Assembly (NCBI RefSeq): GCF_009914755.1
Contig: NC_060927.1
Strand: one strand, 5' to 3'
From: the human T2T-CHM13v2.0 reference genome, Homo sapiens
Length of the DNA stretch: 64,000 nt
In this document: piece after piece, positions 47,961 through 64,000 of the stretch
Layout: each line of letters starts with the position of its first letter
How positions within the stretch are numbered: the stretch's first letter is position 1
Program-made: the position numbers and the translations under genes
The notes under the pieces: model-generated
What the model saw: only the letters and a program-made list of their open reading frames with translations
Database searches by the model: none
Told to the model about the DNA's origin: nothing

Positions 47961-49319
47961 ACAAATACCTCTGGGATGTAAAAAATATCAAGCTTAATTG
48001 GTTTTTAAGAATAATAACCCTATGTTTACAAAAGACTTGGCATTTCCTAAAGCGCTTTCAGACTCCTTACTATATTTTAACTTTGCAACAATCCCATGAG
48101 GTGGTAGATAGAGCTCATGGGATCTATCTTATAATTCCCATTACACAGATGAGAAAATAAAAACTCACCCAGAAGTGGTGTTATATGTGTTCAATGTCAT
48201 ATGGCTGGTCACAGGTTGAGGCTGATCTGTTCTTCTGATTCCAAGTCCTGATAGCTTCCTGCTTTCCAGCCTCAGGGCATGAAAGGAATAGAAGGCCCCC
48301 AAAAAACCTTCACCTCCTTACTTCCCAGGCTTGCCTGCTGTATTCAGGGGAAAGGAAGCAGCAGATCCAAAAGGACTGTAAGGCCTTGGACTAGAAATGA
48401 TTAGGCAGAAAGATCCTGAAGGAGATGGACAGTGGGGAAAGGAAGGAATGTAGCTTTCAGAAATCACGCACCTTATTGGTGGGAAACTGCCAGAATGACT
48501 TTAAAAATGGAGTTTGAAAAGAGCTTACTGATTAGGGTTAGATGCCTCCCTGTGTCACGAGAACTTACCCTGGATGGACTTGCTCAACAGGAAGACAGTG
48601 CCCTGGATCCCTCTCTCAGGCCAGGTATATCTTTCACTAAAAATGAGCAAATTGTGGCTTTGTTTGTAAGGAAGAAATCCTTTGGTTTTTACCTGTGGTG
48701 GTGTATCTCTAATGCAGGGTGTCCGTATTCACACTAGTCCTGCTATCTTAGCAAGTTGATGTCTAGCCTTGGTGTTTTAGAAGTTCCAGGAAGCCACTGA
48801 AAACAAAGGAAACCCGGGCATGATCACCTTATGGGAAAGCATTCTCTCAGCACATCTGCTATTTTCTTTACATGGTGCTTTCTCTACTTGGTGTATAAGA
48901 TGGGGTACAGAACAATGTGCTTTAAATGTCTTTAGCAAGGTAATCATTTTCAAAAAATAGAAGAGAACTACATTAAATATTACTGATAAAAGCAAAAGCA
49001 TCTATAAATTAGCATTCATGTTTACATATTAGTTTCTTACAAAATTAATTCCATAGAAATCTCTGGGAAAATTACAATTTCAAGCTACAGTGGATCTAAG
49101 TTTATCTAAATATTTTATCTAGAGCATTAATGAATATATTGTGTCATATTTGTGTCAGACCATTCACTTCATCTGGATTTACTCAACTGAGGATAATAGA
49201 AGAAGCAATTGTGAAATGTGTAACTTCTCCTTTAAAGACCAGGTTTGGATGACGAGAGACAAGTGCAGAGGAGGTGCCCTGATTTTCAGAGGTCTTTGGA
49301 AATGAATGTTGTGTTTTGA

Positions 49320-49484
<165 letters not shown>

Positions 49485-50659
49485 TAAAATTTACTGTTCA
49501 AAAATGTTGATGAACTAACATAAAAGCTATCTCTTTTTAAATAACACCCTTCCTTCCTTTGTACCTTACTATGTTTATTTTAACTGGAATTAGACTTACT
49601 CAAGTTCCATAGACTTCAAATCTCATAGTTTATTCATTAGCAGTAATGAAGGAGATTCCAAGTCACATGTGTATGTTAGGATACTTTCAGTTGCAAGTCA
49701 CAAACCAACCCACTCAAACTGATTAAACAAGGAGAACTGTGTTGGAAATTAATGGAAAGTCCCAAAGTAGGATGGGCTTTGGAGAAGTCTGATCCAGCGG
49801 CTTGATGGTGTCCTGGATCCAGTTGCTCCAACTTTGCTGTCCTCTGTGTCAGCTTTGTTTTAAGGCTGGACTCTCCTTGTGGTTGTTGGATGGCTGCTGG
49901 CAGCAATTAGGGGGTCTCTGTTTTCTCATTCACAACCCATAGAAGACAACTGTGTCCTGTCCCGCAGTTACTGGACGAGAATCCCAACTACTGCAACCAT
50001 CTCCGTGTCTAGGGAATACCTTGTTCTGGTTGGCTTGGGCCTGAGCTATCAGATCCCATCAATGTGTGATCCATATTGAAATCCTGATCAGTTTAACTTA
50101 ATTAGACTCCATCCTAGAACTATAAGTAGGGCCAATCCCACTCAAACCAGAGGTTGCTGATGGGGTAGAATGCATGTTTAGAAGATTACCACAATGTCCA
50201 CTATGCTGCATAAAAATATTAGTAAACTATAGGGGTTTATCACGAGGTCATTATCATACCATGTGTATCAGAACAGGGTGTAGCATCCTAGTAATTTAAA
50301 ATCTTGTTACCGCTTCCATAGAACTGTGTACTTACCTCTTGGAGCACTTATAAAGTGGTACTTTGTAACTATGTACTTACATTACAGCACTTATAAGGTA
50401 CTTTGATAACTTTTCACATACCTGGCTCCCCGACTAGACAGTGAGCTGCTTAAGGTAGGAGTCGCATCTTGTTCATTTCTTCATTCTCAGTACCTAGGAA
50501 GCTGTCTAGCACACAGTAGGACACAATATGTGTTGAGTAAACTTGATTGAATGAATGAGCTTAATTCCTGAGAAAGGGGAGCCAGGAGATAGAGACATCC
50601 TGCAGGAAGGACAGAATTTAAAGGAGGAGATACCTCGTGGTGTTAAAAGCTGTTGGAAG

Positions 50660-51037
50660 TACAGTCCTGGGCCTCTGAATCGATAGGTTCTGCATCCATG
50701 ATTTCAACCAACCTCGGATGGAAAGTGTGGTGAGGCCTATGATGGTTGAGTGTACTTAATGTGTACAGACCTTTTCTTTTTTTTTTTCAGACTTTTTCTT
50801 CTTGTCATTATTCCCTAAACAATATAACAACTATTTACATAGTATTTGTTAATACATTTTATGAAGTAATATAAGAAATCTACAGATGATTGAAAGTATA
50901 TGGGAGGATTGTGTAGATTATATATTAATACAAATACAGTACTATGTCATTTTATGTCAGGGACTTGAGCATCCTCAGATTTTGATATCTGCGAGGTCCT
51001 GGAACCAATCCTCCATGGATATTGAGGGATGACTGTA
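50660..51037. mobile_element. MER2-family (Tigger) DNA transposon
   Basis: TA-cagtc...gactg-TA ends; cttgtcattattccctaaacaat and ggacttgagcatcc motifs. Confidence 0.8.
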
Positions 51038-52227
51038 CAAGAAGTGCAAGAACCTCATTTCAATTGTGTTTACACAATATCTGTGACTTTCTTGGCTCAT
51101 ACTTCTTTTGAAAACCCCCAACTTTGGATTAGTCCCATAACCTACCTTCTCTGCTGCTGCTCTTAGATGAAATCCTTACTAATTCATGGTCCCCAGCCTC
51201 AGCTGGACCCTCCAGGCTTCCTGGAATCCTTCATTGCTTCCTCCAGTCAACCCCCTCACACATTCCCCATTGCAAACCTTCGTTACTCTCCCGGAGGCCT
51301 CCACTACTTTCAGCAGAACAACTTTCTCACCTGCTTTTATGGCTTGGATTCTCCTCAACAGCTGCCCAGGTACTCACTCCATTCTTCTTGAACCTCTCTT
51401 CTTCCTCTGTTTCCAGAACATCATCCTCTCAGATTTCCTCCTCCTTCCCCAGACACAGGTTATCTGGAGCCCCTTCCTATATTTTCATAGCCCCTTGTGT
51501 GTTCTCCTGACCATCCCTTATCACTCTGAGCAGTAGTGATTAGTTTTCTTGTCTTGCCCACCACCCCCATGCCATTAGACTGAATGTTTCATGAGGACAG
51601 AGACCCAACACAAACTTGATTCATAGAGATGTTCAGTAGGTGATGACTGAATGGATGTTAACTCCATTTCCTAGGAGGAAGGAGAACCAGTAGAGGGTGA
51701 TATTTTGAAAAGAAGTGAAAGAAGAGCAGAGTTTTAAGAAGGGGATGGCTCGTGGTTTGAAATGCTATTCAGAGGTCTAGAAAAAAATAGTCATAAGATT
51801 AGGCAATTATGAGGTGATCTGTGACCATAATTGGAGCAATAACAGAAAGAATTGTTATGAGGAGAAGCCACATGGAATGAGTTGGAAGATGAGGAGTTAA
51901 GGACATGGCTATTGAATGACTACAAATTTTTGAGTAGGTGTTTGAATGTCAGTGAATCTCCAGGAATTCCAGGGAATATATGTTGGTAATCATTTAGATA
52001 TAAACCGCAAATTATGTTATTTAAAATATATACCAACAAGCACTATTACAAAGCATAGACACTAATAGATACTTTTAGCCCATCTTTCTCTAAAGGCAGA
52101 AAGCTGCCTACTCTCTGAATTTGCTGTCTATTTGTATTTTCTTCTCCTTTTCCTTCACCAAATTCTCTTCCTCTTCCTTCTTTTTCATATTGCTTATTTT
52201 AAATCCACAACAAGTACAATATACTGA

Positions 52228-52623
<396 letters not shown>

Positions 52624-52672
52624 TAGAAATGATGAAAAATAACTTTAACGTGCAGTTTTTTTTTTAATGGGC

Positions 52673-52964
52673 TTTTTTTTTTAGACGGTCTCATTCTGTC
52701 ACCCAAACTGGAGTGCAGTGGCAAGATCATGGCTCACTGCAGCCTTGATCTCTTGAGCTCAAATGATGCCCCCACCTCAGTCCCCTGAGTAGCTGGGATT
52801 ACAGGCATGCACCACTATGCCTGGCTAATAATTTTGTTTTATTTTTGTAGAGAAGGGGTCTCATAATGCTAGCCAGGCTGGTCTCGAACTCCTGGCCTTA
52901 AGCAATCCTCTTGCCTCAGCCTCCCAAAGTGTTGGGATTACAGGCATGAGCCAACACACCTGGC
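52673..52964 (-). mobile_element. Alu (AluJ-like) in the last intron
   Basis: Reverse Alu. Confidence 0.9.
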
Positions 52965-53023
52965 TAAAACTGCATTTAGAAAACAATTTTGTCAGATTGG
53001 GCATGGTTCTACACATTGTGTAA

Positions 53024-53353
<330 letters not shown>

Positions 53354-53613
53354 AAATATTTTTATCATCAAAGAGATGATTTAAGTCATCTGTAAGAACA
53401 ACATGCAATCTTTGTCTTTGCTTCTGGCCTGTGTAAGCAGATGAAAGTTTCCCTTTTAGGTGCCAAAATGCTGAAAATTACCTTTTTAAAGTGCTCTATT
53501 GCTGCGATTTGTAGCATACCTTTTTTTCTCAGCAAATTGATGGGTGGAAGCTGAGAAATGTATGGTAAATGTCACAGAGCTACAACCATTCACAGACACC
53601 AAATCTCTAGGAG

Positions 53614-53619
53614 AATAAA
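53614..53619 (+). terminator. Candidate proximal polyadenylation signal AATAAA
   Basis: First AATAAA, about 260 nt after the stop, followed by a T-rich stretch. Confidence 0.4.
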
Positions 53620-53907
53620 AAGCACATTATTCTTTTTCTATCAGAAAAAAACAAGATGCATCACCTTAAAACCAAGATGACATTGTTCTTCTTGGAACAT
53701 GTTAAGACATCGAATGGTGGCGGGTTAAACTGTACTGCTTAAGTGGAGCGGCTACCGTTATGCATCTATCACAGTTGGGGATTTTGCCTTATTAAGGAAA
53801 ACTTGTCAATAGTTCAGCTGAAATGACTGAATCACAGAATATTAACTCTGTTATGGAACAAATCATAACAGATTTTACCTGTTTACATTTCAGGTAAAAA
53901 TGTATCG

Positions 53908-54400
53908 CATTGTTATCTAATATTAAAAAATTACCCCCAATTTTAGTGACTTAATCCCACACAGTCTTTATGGGTCAGGAATTCAGGCATGGCTTACCTG
54001 GATCATTCTGCTAGGGTCTCTCTGAAGTTACAGACAAGATGTCAGGGGATGTGGTCGTTTGAAGGCTTGTCTGGGCTGGAGGTCTATTTCCAAGGTGAAT
54101 CACTCACATACCTGGCACGTTTCTGTCAGGTATTGGCAGTCCTCAGTTCCTCTCCTCTCAGGCCTCTCCACAGGCTGCTTGAGTGTCCTCATGACACAAC
54201 AGTTGGCTTACTCCAGAGTGAGCAACTCAAGAGAGAGCAAGGCAGAAGCTACCAAATCTTTATGTTTGAAGTCATGCACCATCTTTTCCACGAGTATCCT
54301 GTTGATTATTTTGATCAGCTTGTTCAGTCTGGGAGGGAATTGCACAAGGGCATGAATACTCCACTGGCAAGGATCATTGGGGGCCATCTTGGAAGCTGTG
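53908..54400. mobile_element. MLT1-like MaLR LTR in the 3' UTR
   Basis: ttacccccaattttagtgactt...gggtcaggaattcaggcatggctta...ggatcattgggggccatcttggaag. Confidence 0.7.
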
Positions 54401-55046
54401 TGAATGAGCAAATGAATGCACAGATAGAATATTAGCAGTGACAATGATGCTAGAGGTCACCTACCCCACTGTCCTCTTGTCCTTCTCCCCCAACCCTCCC
54501 CTGCTCCCAGGCAAGAAGCCCTCTAGCCTCTGCTTGATCACTTTCAGCACTCAACATCTTCAGGGAACCTATTCCGCCGTGGGACAGTGTTAATTAGTGG
54601 AAAACTCTTTTTCAAAAGTTGAAATCAGTTCCTCTGTGTCTATTACCTGCTGATCACTGTCCAGACTTCTGGAGGACACAGAGCAAGTTTTATTCCTCTT
54701 ACTGATGGTAGCCTTTCAGATCCATCCCTTCCCTCCAGTATATTAGAGTTACGTAAATTCTTAAAATGCTTAGCAGCTCATTTATCCTGAAGCATCACTT
54801 TTGAAGAGTTACAGACATTTAAGAAGTATTTACATTATCATAAATAAATTACATGCGCATTTAAAGAGAACAGAAAAGTATAAAGAAAAATAACTCACCA
54901 AACTCACTCATAATTCCAGCACTAAGGGAAAACCACTGCCAATTTCTCATGTCTCCCTTCCAGTTTCTTCTCTGTCCAAATTCAACAAAGTCAAAATCAC
55001 ATTTTGTTCTGTCACAAATCATATAATATTATTTCTACCATTTTTC

Positions 55047-56067
55047 TTTTTTTAATCTTTTTTTATTATACTTTAAGTTTTAGGGTACATGTGCACAATG
55101 TGCAGTTTAGTTACATATGTAAACATGTGCCATGTTGGTGTGCTGCACCCAGTAACTCATCATTTAGCATTAGGTATATCTCCAAATGCTATCCCTCTCC
55201 CCTCTCCCCACCCCACAACAGGCCCCGGTGTGTGATGTTCCCCTTCCTGTGTCCATGTGTTCTCATTGTTCAATTCCCACCTGTGAGTGAGAACATGTGG
55301 TGTTTGGTTTTTTGTCCTTGCGATAGTTTGCTGAGAATGATGGTTTCCAGCTTCATCCATGTCCCTACAAAGGACATGAACTCATCATTTTTTATGGCTG
55401 CATAGTATTCCATGGTGTATATGTGCCACATTTTCTTAATCCAGTCTATCATTGTTGGACATTTGGGTTGGTTCCAAGTCTTTGCTATTGTGAATAGTGC
55501 CGCAATAAACATACGTGTGCATGTGTCTTTACAGCAGCATGATTTATAATCCTTTGGGTATATACCCAGTAATGGGATTGCTGGGTCAAATGGTATTTCT
55601 AGTTCTAGATCCCCGAGGAATCGCCACACTGACTTCCACAATGGTTGAACTAGTTTACAGTCCCACCAACAGTGTAAAAGTGTTCCTATTTCTCCACATC
55701 CTCTCCAGCACCTGTTGCTTCCTAACTTTTTAATGATTGCCATTCTAACGGGTGTGGGATGGTATCTCATTGTTGTTTTGATTTGCATTTCTCTGATGGC
55801 CAGTGATGATGAGCATTTTTTCATGTGTTTTTTGGCTGCATAAATGTCTTCTTTTGAGAAGTGTCCGTTCATATCCTTTGCCCACTTTTTGATGGGGTTC
55901 TTTGTTTTTTTCTTGTATATTTGTTTGAGTTCATTGTAGATTCTGGATATTAGCCCTTTGTCAGATGAGTAGATTGCAAAAATTTTCTCCCATTCTGTAG
56001 GTTGCCTGTTCACTCTGATGGTAGTTTCTTTTGTTGTACAGAAGCTCTTTAGTTTAATTAGATCCCA
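55047..56067 (-). mobile_element. 5'-truncated L1PA (about 1 kb), ORF2 C-terminus plus 3' UTR
   Basis: ORF 55270..56079 is the ORF2 C-terminus with the CCHC motif [18 protein letters not shown]; perfect 17-bp TSD tatttctaccatttttc at 55030 and 56068. Confidence 0.97.
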
Positions 56068-56273
56068 TATTTCTACCATTTTTCATTAAACATTACAAGT
56101 TGTTCTCTTGTGTTCTTATTTTTTCTGTAAACATAATTTTAATGGCAGAGATATTCTGCTTTATATCTTTCCCTATTTTATGTATATAGAATTATAAAGT
56201 TTTTAAAAATGTAATCATCATTATTTATAGTTTAATAATCAGTTTCATCTTGCAGTGTATCATTTTCCTCGTC

Positions 56274-56279
56274 ATTAAA
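56274..56279 (+). terminator. Candidate distal polyadenylation signal ATTAAA
   Basis: ATTAAA followed by T/GT-rich sequence, downstream of the L1 insertion. Confidence 0.4.
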
Positions 56280-56582
56280 TATTTTACGTATCATTTTTAA
56301 TGGTTGCACCGTATTTCATTGCCTGTTTCTACCTACATGTCATGTCAAAATAAGGTACCTATATTTTTGATAAATATGAGGTTAGAATATGAGATGCAAA
56401 GATCCTAGTCTACCTTCAACAAGACAGTTAAAATGCTCTATTGCTGCAATTTGTAGCACGCCTGAAGGAAATATAGTCCCAGAGAACAAAGTATGGTTAA
56501 ATAATGCAGTTCCTGCCTGGGCCTTGGTTCTCAATACCAGTGCAGAATTCTAGTGAGCCATGTTAGAACAAGAAAGGACTCC

Positions 56583-57228
56583 TAGCCTGGGCAACATAGG
56601 GAGACCCCATCTCTACAAAAATAAAAAAATTAGCCCAGCATGGTGGCGCATGCCTGTGGTTCCAGCTGCCTGGGAGGCTGAGGTGGGAGGATTGCTTGGA
56701 ACCAGGGGGTCAAGGATGCAGTGAGCTATGATCCTGCCACTGCATTCCAGCCTGGATCACAGAGCAAAACCCTATCTCAAAAAGAAAAGACCCTTTTACT
56801 TAGGTTAGGTGGACTCTTATTTACAATGTCTGCTGCTGACTTGTTGCCTCCTCCAATGTTGTTACTCAAGGATGTTGTTCCCCAGTTTATTTTGCTGTAC
56901 CCTTACTTCAGGAGTAAGACACAGAAGCTTTGACTACAGTGGGCCGGGCGTGGTGGCTTATGCCTGTAATCCCAGCACTTTGGGAGGCCGAGGCGGGTGG
57001 ATCACAAGGTCAGGAGTTTGAGACCATCCTGGCTAACACAGTGAAACCCCGTCTCTACTAAAAATAGAAAAAAAATTAGCTGGGCGTGGTGGCGGGCGCC
57101 TGTAGTCCCAGATACTCGGGAGGCTGAGGCAGGAGAATGGCGTGAACCTGGGAGGCAGAGCTTACAGTGAGCCACTGCACTCCAGCCTGGGCAACAGAGT
57201 GAGACTCTGTCTCAAAAAAAAAAAAAAA
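56583..57228 (+). mobile_element. Truncated AluJ-like (56583-56790) and AluY-like (56942-57228)
   Basis: Forward Alu consensus; ggagaatggcgtgaacc AluY diagnostic. Confidence 0.9.
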
Positions 57229-58730
57229 GAAGTTTTGAGTAAAGTATACCCATGTTATTAAAGTTGTTATTCTTTCTTGAGGAACAAACTATGAACCAAT
57301 CAATAATTATAGTTATTTAGAAATTCTACCTTCCATCAGTCTGAAGCTAAATTGTATCTTTCCATCCTTTAAGTCCATCTCCTTCCCACTTGGCTTGATG
57401 TTTTCTCTCTATATGACTAGAATGGTCTCTACTTTTATCCTAAGAACTAACTGTTATCTAGCTTAGTATCAAAATTAGAAGTCTTGTCAAACTGTTAATT
57501 ACTGAAGAAATCCATCTCTTTTCTCTGTATCTTCAGAGTTCAAGCAAATGGTACCTGATTAATCCAAGACCAGAGACCATGAGCTCTAATTCTGGACTGG
57601 CAGCCTTCTTTCACGGAAGGCTTCACGGTCTCAAATATCTTCTCTTATTGCTTTTCTTACCATTCTTCTCCTTCTTATTCCTTTTTTTGTTTCTTTTAAT
57701 TCTTTCTCTCACTTGTGGAAAAAAAGGACACACACTCTGCTTGGATGAATCAGAGGAAATATTTTCATTTTTTTCTGCACCAATAGTAGATAGCCACTCA
57801 AATTCCACATAGTATATATGGTAATGTATTAATTGAACACAAGGTTTACAAATTCATTTACAGTGTGGCAGGTTATCACAGGGCTGGTGAGATCATTCAT
57901 AGCTAGTATGATCAAATTCAATTTCTTTTGAGTACTTTACTAGAACAAATACAGTTTCTTTTAGTAAATAAGCTTTATAGTAAATATGCTTTACAAGATT
58001 AATTGATTAAATTATTACATATCCTAGCTTTGGTCTCACCACATTAGTAAACATAGGAAGGGAATCTTGCAACTAAATTCAAAGTATGAATAACTTAAAA
58101 GACCTTTGGCCCATTTCTCTTTGTTTATGTTATTTTTGTGGTCACTAGGATATAAATATTCTCTAATCTTCTTTTCTTTATTTCACTGAGAAGGGCATTT
58201 TCTACACAGTATTTAATTCCCTTAAGTCTCTTGTTCCTAAAATTATCACCCTATAACTAAGACCTATCAGAGGAGTGATTTTGGCTTCCACAAAATCCAA
58301 CCACCTCTTCAATCTGAGCTTTTCTTTACACGTGCTTAATGTGTTCTTGTCTCTTCACACCTAGATGGCTCAACTCTCAACACCTTTTTCACATTCAATT
58401 TACTCAATTAGTACAATGCGAGATCAACCCTCCACCTAAACGGAAAAAAAAAATAATGAAAATGCTTCTCTTTAGGTCTTTGTAGTTTATGGTGTTAGAT
58501 GGAGCTCTTTTTTTCATATTAATTCCACTAAAATTCCAATTAAAGTGCCTGAGATAAGGGAAGTACCAATACAAAAAGAACAACATAAAATTAACAAATC
58601 TGGGGCCAACAACAAAAACAAAATTTCAGTGTAAATTCAGGATAAAACAAGAACCCAGAAAGTAAAAGTAGGAGTATTAGAATCTAGAACAGATAATGAT
58701 AAACATCATAGAGCAATAACAATTTTATAA

Positions 58731-59703
<973 letters not shown>

Positions 59704-59968
59704 AACAGAGCATTTTAATATATACAGTATCTCACTTCTCTCTGTAGCAGTCCTCTGAGGAAGGAGGCCCCTTTGATGGAGGACGCTGATCCTCAAAGGG
59801 ATCAACTGACATGCCTCTCTCATTCAGCTAGTAAGTGGCAGTGCTGGGAGTGGGTGTCAAATCTCTGAGAAAGACCATAGTTGTTGATAGACTCCACACT
59901 GCATGAATGGAAACAGAAAACAGTATACTGACTTACAGAATGGTGAATCAACAAATAAAATGAAAAAT

Positions 59969-60350
<382 letters not shown>

Positions 60351-60592
60351 TCAAGAAGGCTTAATTAACTCAGAAAACAGGGTATGCAAATTCAAAGTCC
60401 TAACCAAAGGGGTTTCTGAGTAAACACAACCAACAGGCAGCTTGAAAAACCACAAGTCAAGAATATGAAAGAGAAAATTTCCTGGAATTGAAAAAAGAAT
60501 ATAGCCTTGGGGGAAGAAGGATACTTCATTCAATTAAGGGGGATTGCATAATAATCACATGCATTAGAATAACTTTTATTTTGTTACCTTAG

Positions 60593-61225
<633 letters not shown>

Positions 61226-61413
61226 AGTAAGCTTTTTAACTAAAGTTAAGTGATGCATGCTTTAGCTACAAACTAAATGGTTTCCTTGTGTGCCTACCTG
61301 CAAAGGAAAAGTACTCCAGTGTGAGTCAAGGGAGAATGCTTTTCTCAGGGATATCTCTCAATAATTGAGACAAGATACTCAGGGATGTGTTTCTGTTGGA
61401 TTGACCCTTTTTA

Positions 61414-61880
<467 letters not shown>

Positions 61881-62237
61881 AGGCTAATGGGGCCAGGGTG
61901 AGATCCGAGGGAAAGGAGGCTTGGGGTGTGAGACTTGGCCATTTGGGCTCTTGGCTTCAGGGAAAAAAACCTTTCTTCTTTGGATTCATCTTTCCACCAT
62001 GTTGACTCTTCCTACATCGTATGAAGACCTAGAGAATAAACTAGGCAGGCAAGCGGCCTATGATTCAGGAAGCCACACAACCAAGAAACAGAACTGAGGA
62101 CAACCCATTTGCTGAGATTGTTCTTTGCTGCCAGACAACCCAGGGATTTGGGGGTCATCATTAACTTTCTATAGGTAATAAATATTAATCCAATGCACTA
62201 ACAAAAGAGGTTGGTGTGCAAAGCAGATTGAGAGACA

Positions 62238-62620
62238 GTGCATTAATCTGCTAGGGCTGCCATAGAGAAACACCTCAGACTGCATGGCTTAAACAAGAGA
62301 AATCCATTTTTCTCATAGTTCTGAAGGCTGGAAGTGCAAGATCCAAATGTCACCAGGGTTTGGTTCTCCTGAGACTTCTCTCCTTGGCTTGCAGATGGCC
62401 CTTCTTACTGTGTCCTCACGTGACCTTTCCTCGGTGCTCACATCCCTGGTGTCTCTTTGTTTCCTTCTAAGGATACTTGTTCTATCGAATTAGGGACCCA
62501 CCTTTATGCCCACATTTAACCTTAGGTACCTTTTCAAAGGTTCTATCTCCACATACAGTTACATTGAAGGTTAGGGTTTCAATATAAGAATTTGGGGGTA
62601 ACGCAATTCAGTCCCTAACA
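62238..62620. mobile_element. MLT1A/B-like MaLR LTR
   Basis: tgcattaatctgctagggctgccata...caattcagtccctaaca. Confidence 0.8.
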
Positions 62621-62835
62621 GAGTAAAAATTCAAGAGGTTAAGTACAAAAAAAATTTAGAAATTAAAGAGAAGGAAAGAAAATTCATTTCAGAATATCAA
62701 GAGTTGGTACCATGTAGTCCTGGCCTAGCATCAGCAAACTTGGAGGGGTCAGTCCTAAACTTAGAACTAATATAATGTGCTAACTGGGTAAACTTGGGCA
62801 AGTCATTTACACTCAGCCTCAATTCCTCATATTTA

Positions 62836-63318
<483 letters not shown>

Positions 63319-64000
63319 TTAACATTTTAAAAATTGAGGTTCAAGGTTAAGATGTCTGATTGAATTAGATGTATCTAACTTTGCTTTCTCTAACCTAGGA
63401 AAACCACATTAATGTGATTTTAAAGGACACGTATGCCCTCCAGAACAGGGAGGTAGAAGAGGAAATGTAGCTACACCATATTAGAAGCTAGAGGCAGATG
63501 GATCTGTGATTATGACTGCAGACTTACAACAGCTCAACCCTAAGTTGGCAAGTGGAGGGAAAGCTGAGAAACCACCTGATTTACTTTTAAAAGTCTCAGG
63601 AACTGAGAATGAGAGTGTCTCTGGCGCTAACAGTAAAGCAGCAAAGCATGGCAGGTGCTAAAATAAGAAAGATAGGATGAGAGCCGTTTAAGAAACAGTA
63701 CATCCCTAGATCTCTCTGCCCCTTCTTTCCCCAGAATAACTGCCTTTCTCCTACTCCAGGAGAAATCTCGAAGCTATTCCCTATAAAAAGTAAATTGAAG
63801 GGTCTTTGAGGATATCAGGCACAGACAAGGCATTTGGTACTGTACCAAAAATAGGCAAATCAGAAGCCAAAAGCACACTAAATGCTTAATCCTGAAATGA
63901 CAGCCCTCCCCAAACTGCCTTCCACCATTTGGCTCCCAGAATAGCAGCAGCCAGAAGTTTACTCACCAAGCAAGAGACTGAAAATTTCTATACAAGTGGA

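Larger units (their letters stand above)
53354..56300 (+). other. PARP15: Probable PARP15 3' UTR (3' end uncertain)
   Basis: Follows the stop codon; candidate polyA signals AATAAA 53614, AATAAA 54843, ATTAAA 56274. Confidence 0.5.

Noticed and set aside
55270-56079. Longest ORF (269 aa) as a separate gene
   Set aside because: It is the L1 ORF2 C-terminus of a 5'-truncated insertion, with no promoter, endonuclease or RT

Overview
Primate (almost certainly human) genomic DNA, rich in Alu/L1, containing coding exons 2-12 of PARP15 (BAL3/ARTD7; two macrodomains plus a mono-ADP-ribosyltransferase domain) on the + strand. The 11 exons have canonical AG/GT boundaries and join into one open frame of 1851 nt (616 codons plus stop). 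Exon 1 lies upstream of the window, so 1-23187 is intron 1. Almost every other ORF in the track is Alu/L1 noise. The main unexplained structure is a fossil record of the ancestral PARP14-like gene inside PARP15. Three collinear, same-strand decayed exons in intron 1 (about 8.4, 12.0 and 20.3 kb) translate to PARP14 RRM/KH-region sequence and carry frameshifts, a stop and broken splice sites. Intron 4 also holds an inverted, Alu-split copy of the macrodomain-2 exon that keeps 19 nt identical to the real exon-6 splice acceptor. PARP14 comparisons use my recall of that protein and need alignment to confirm. Repeat boundaries are approximate and subfamily calls are by eye.
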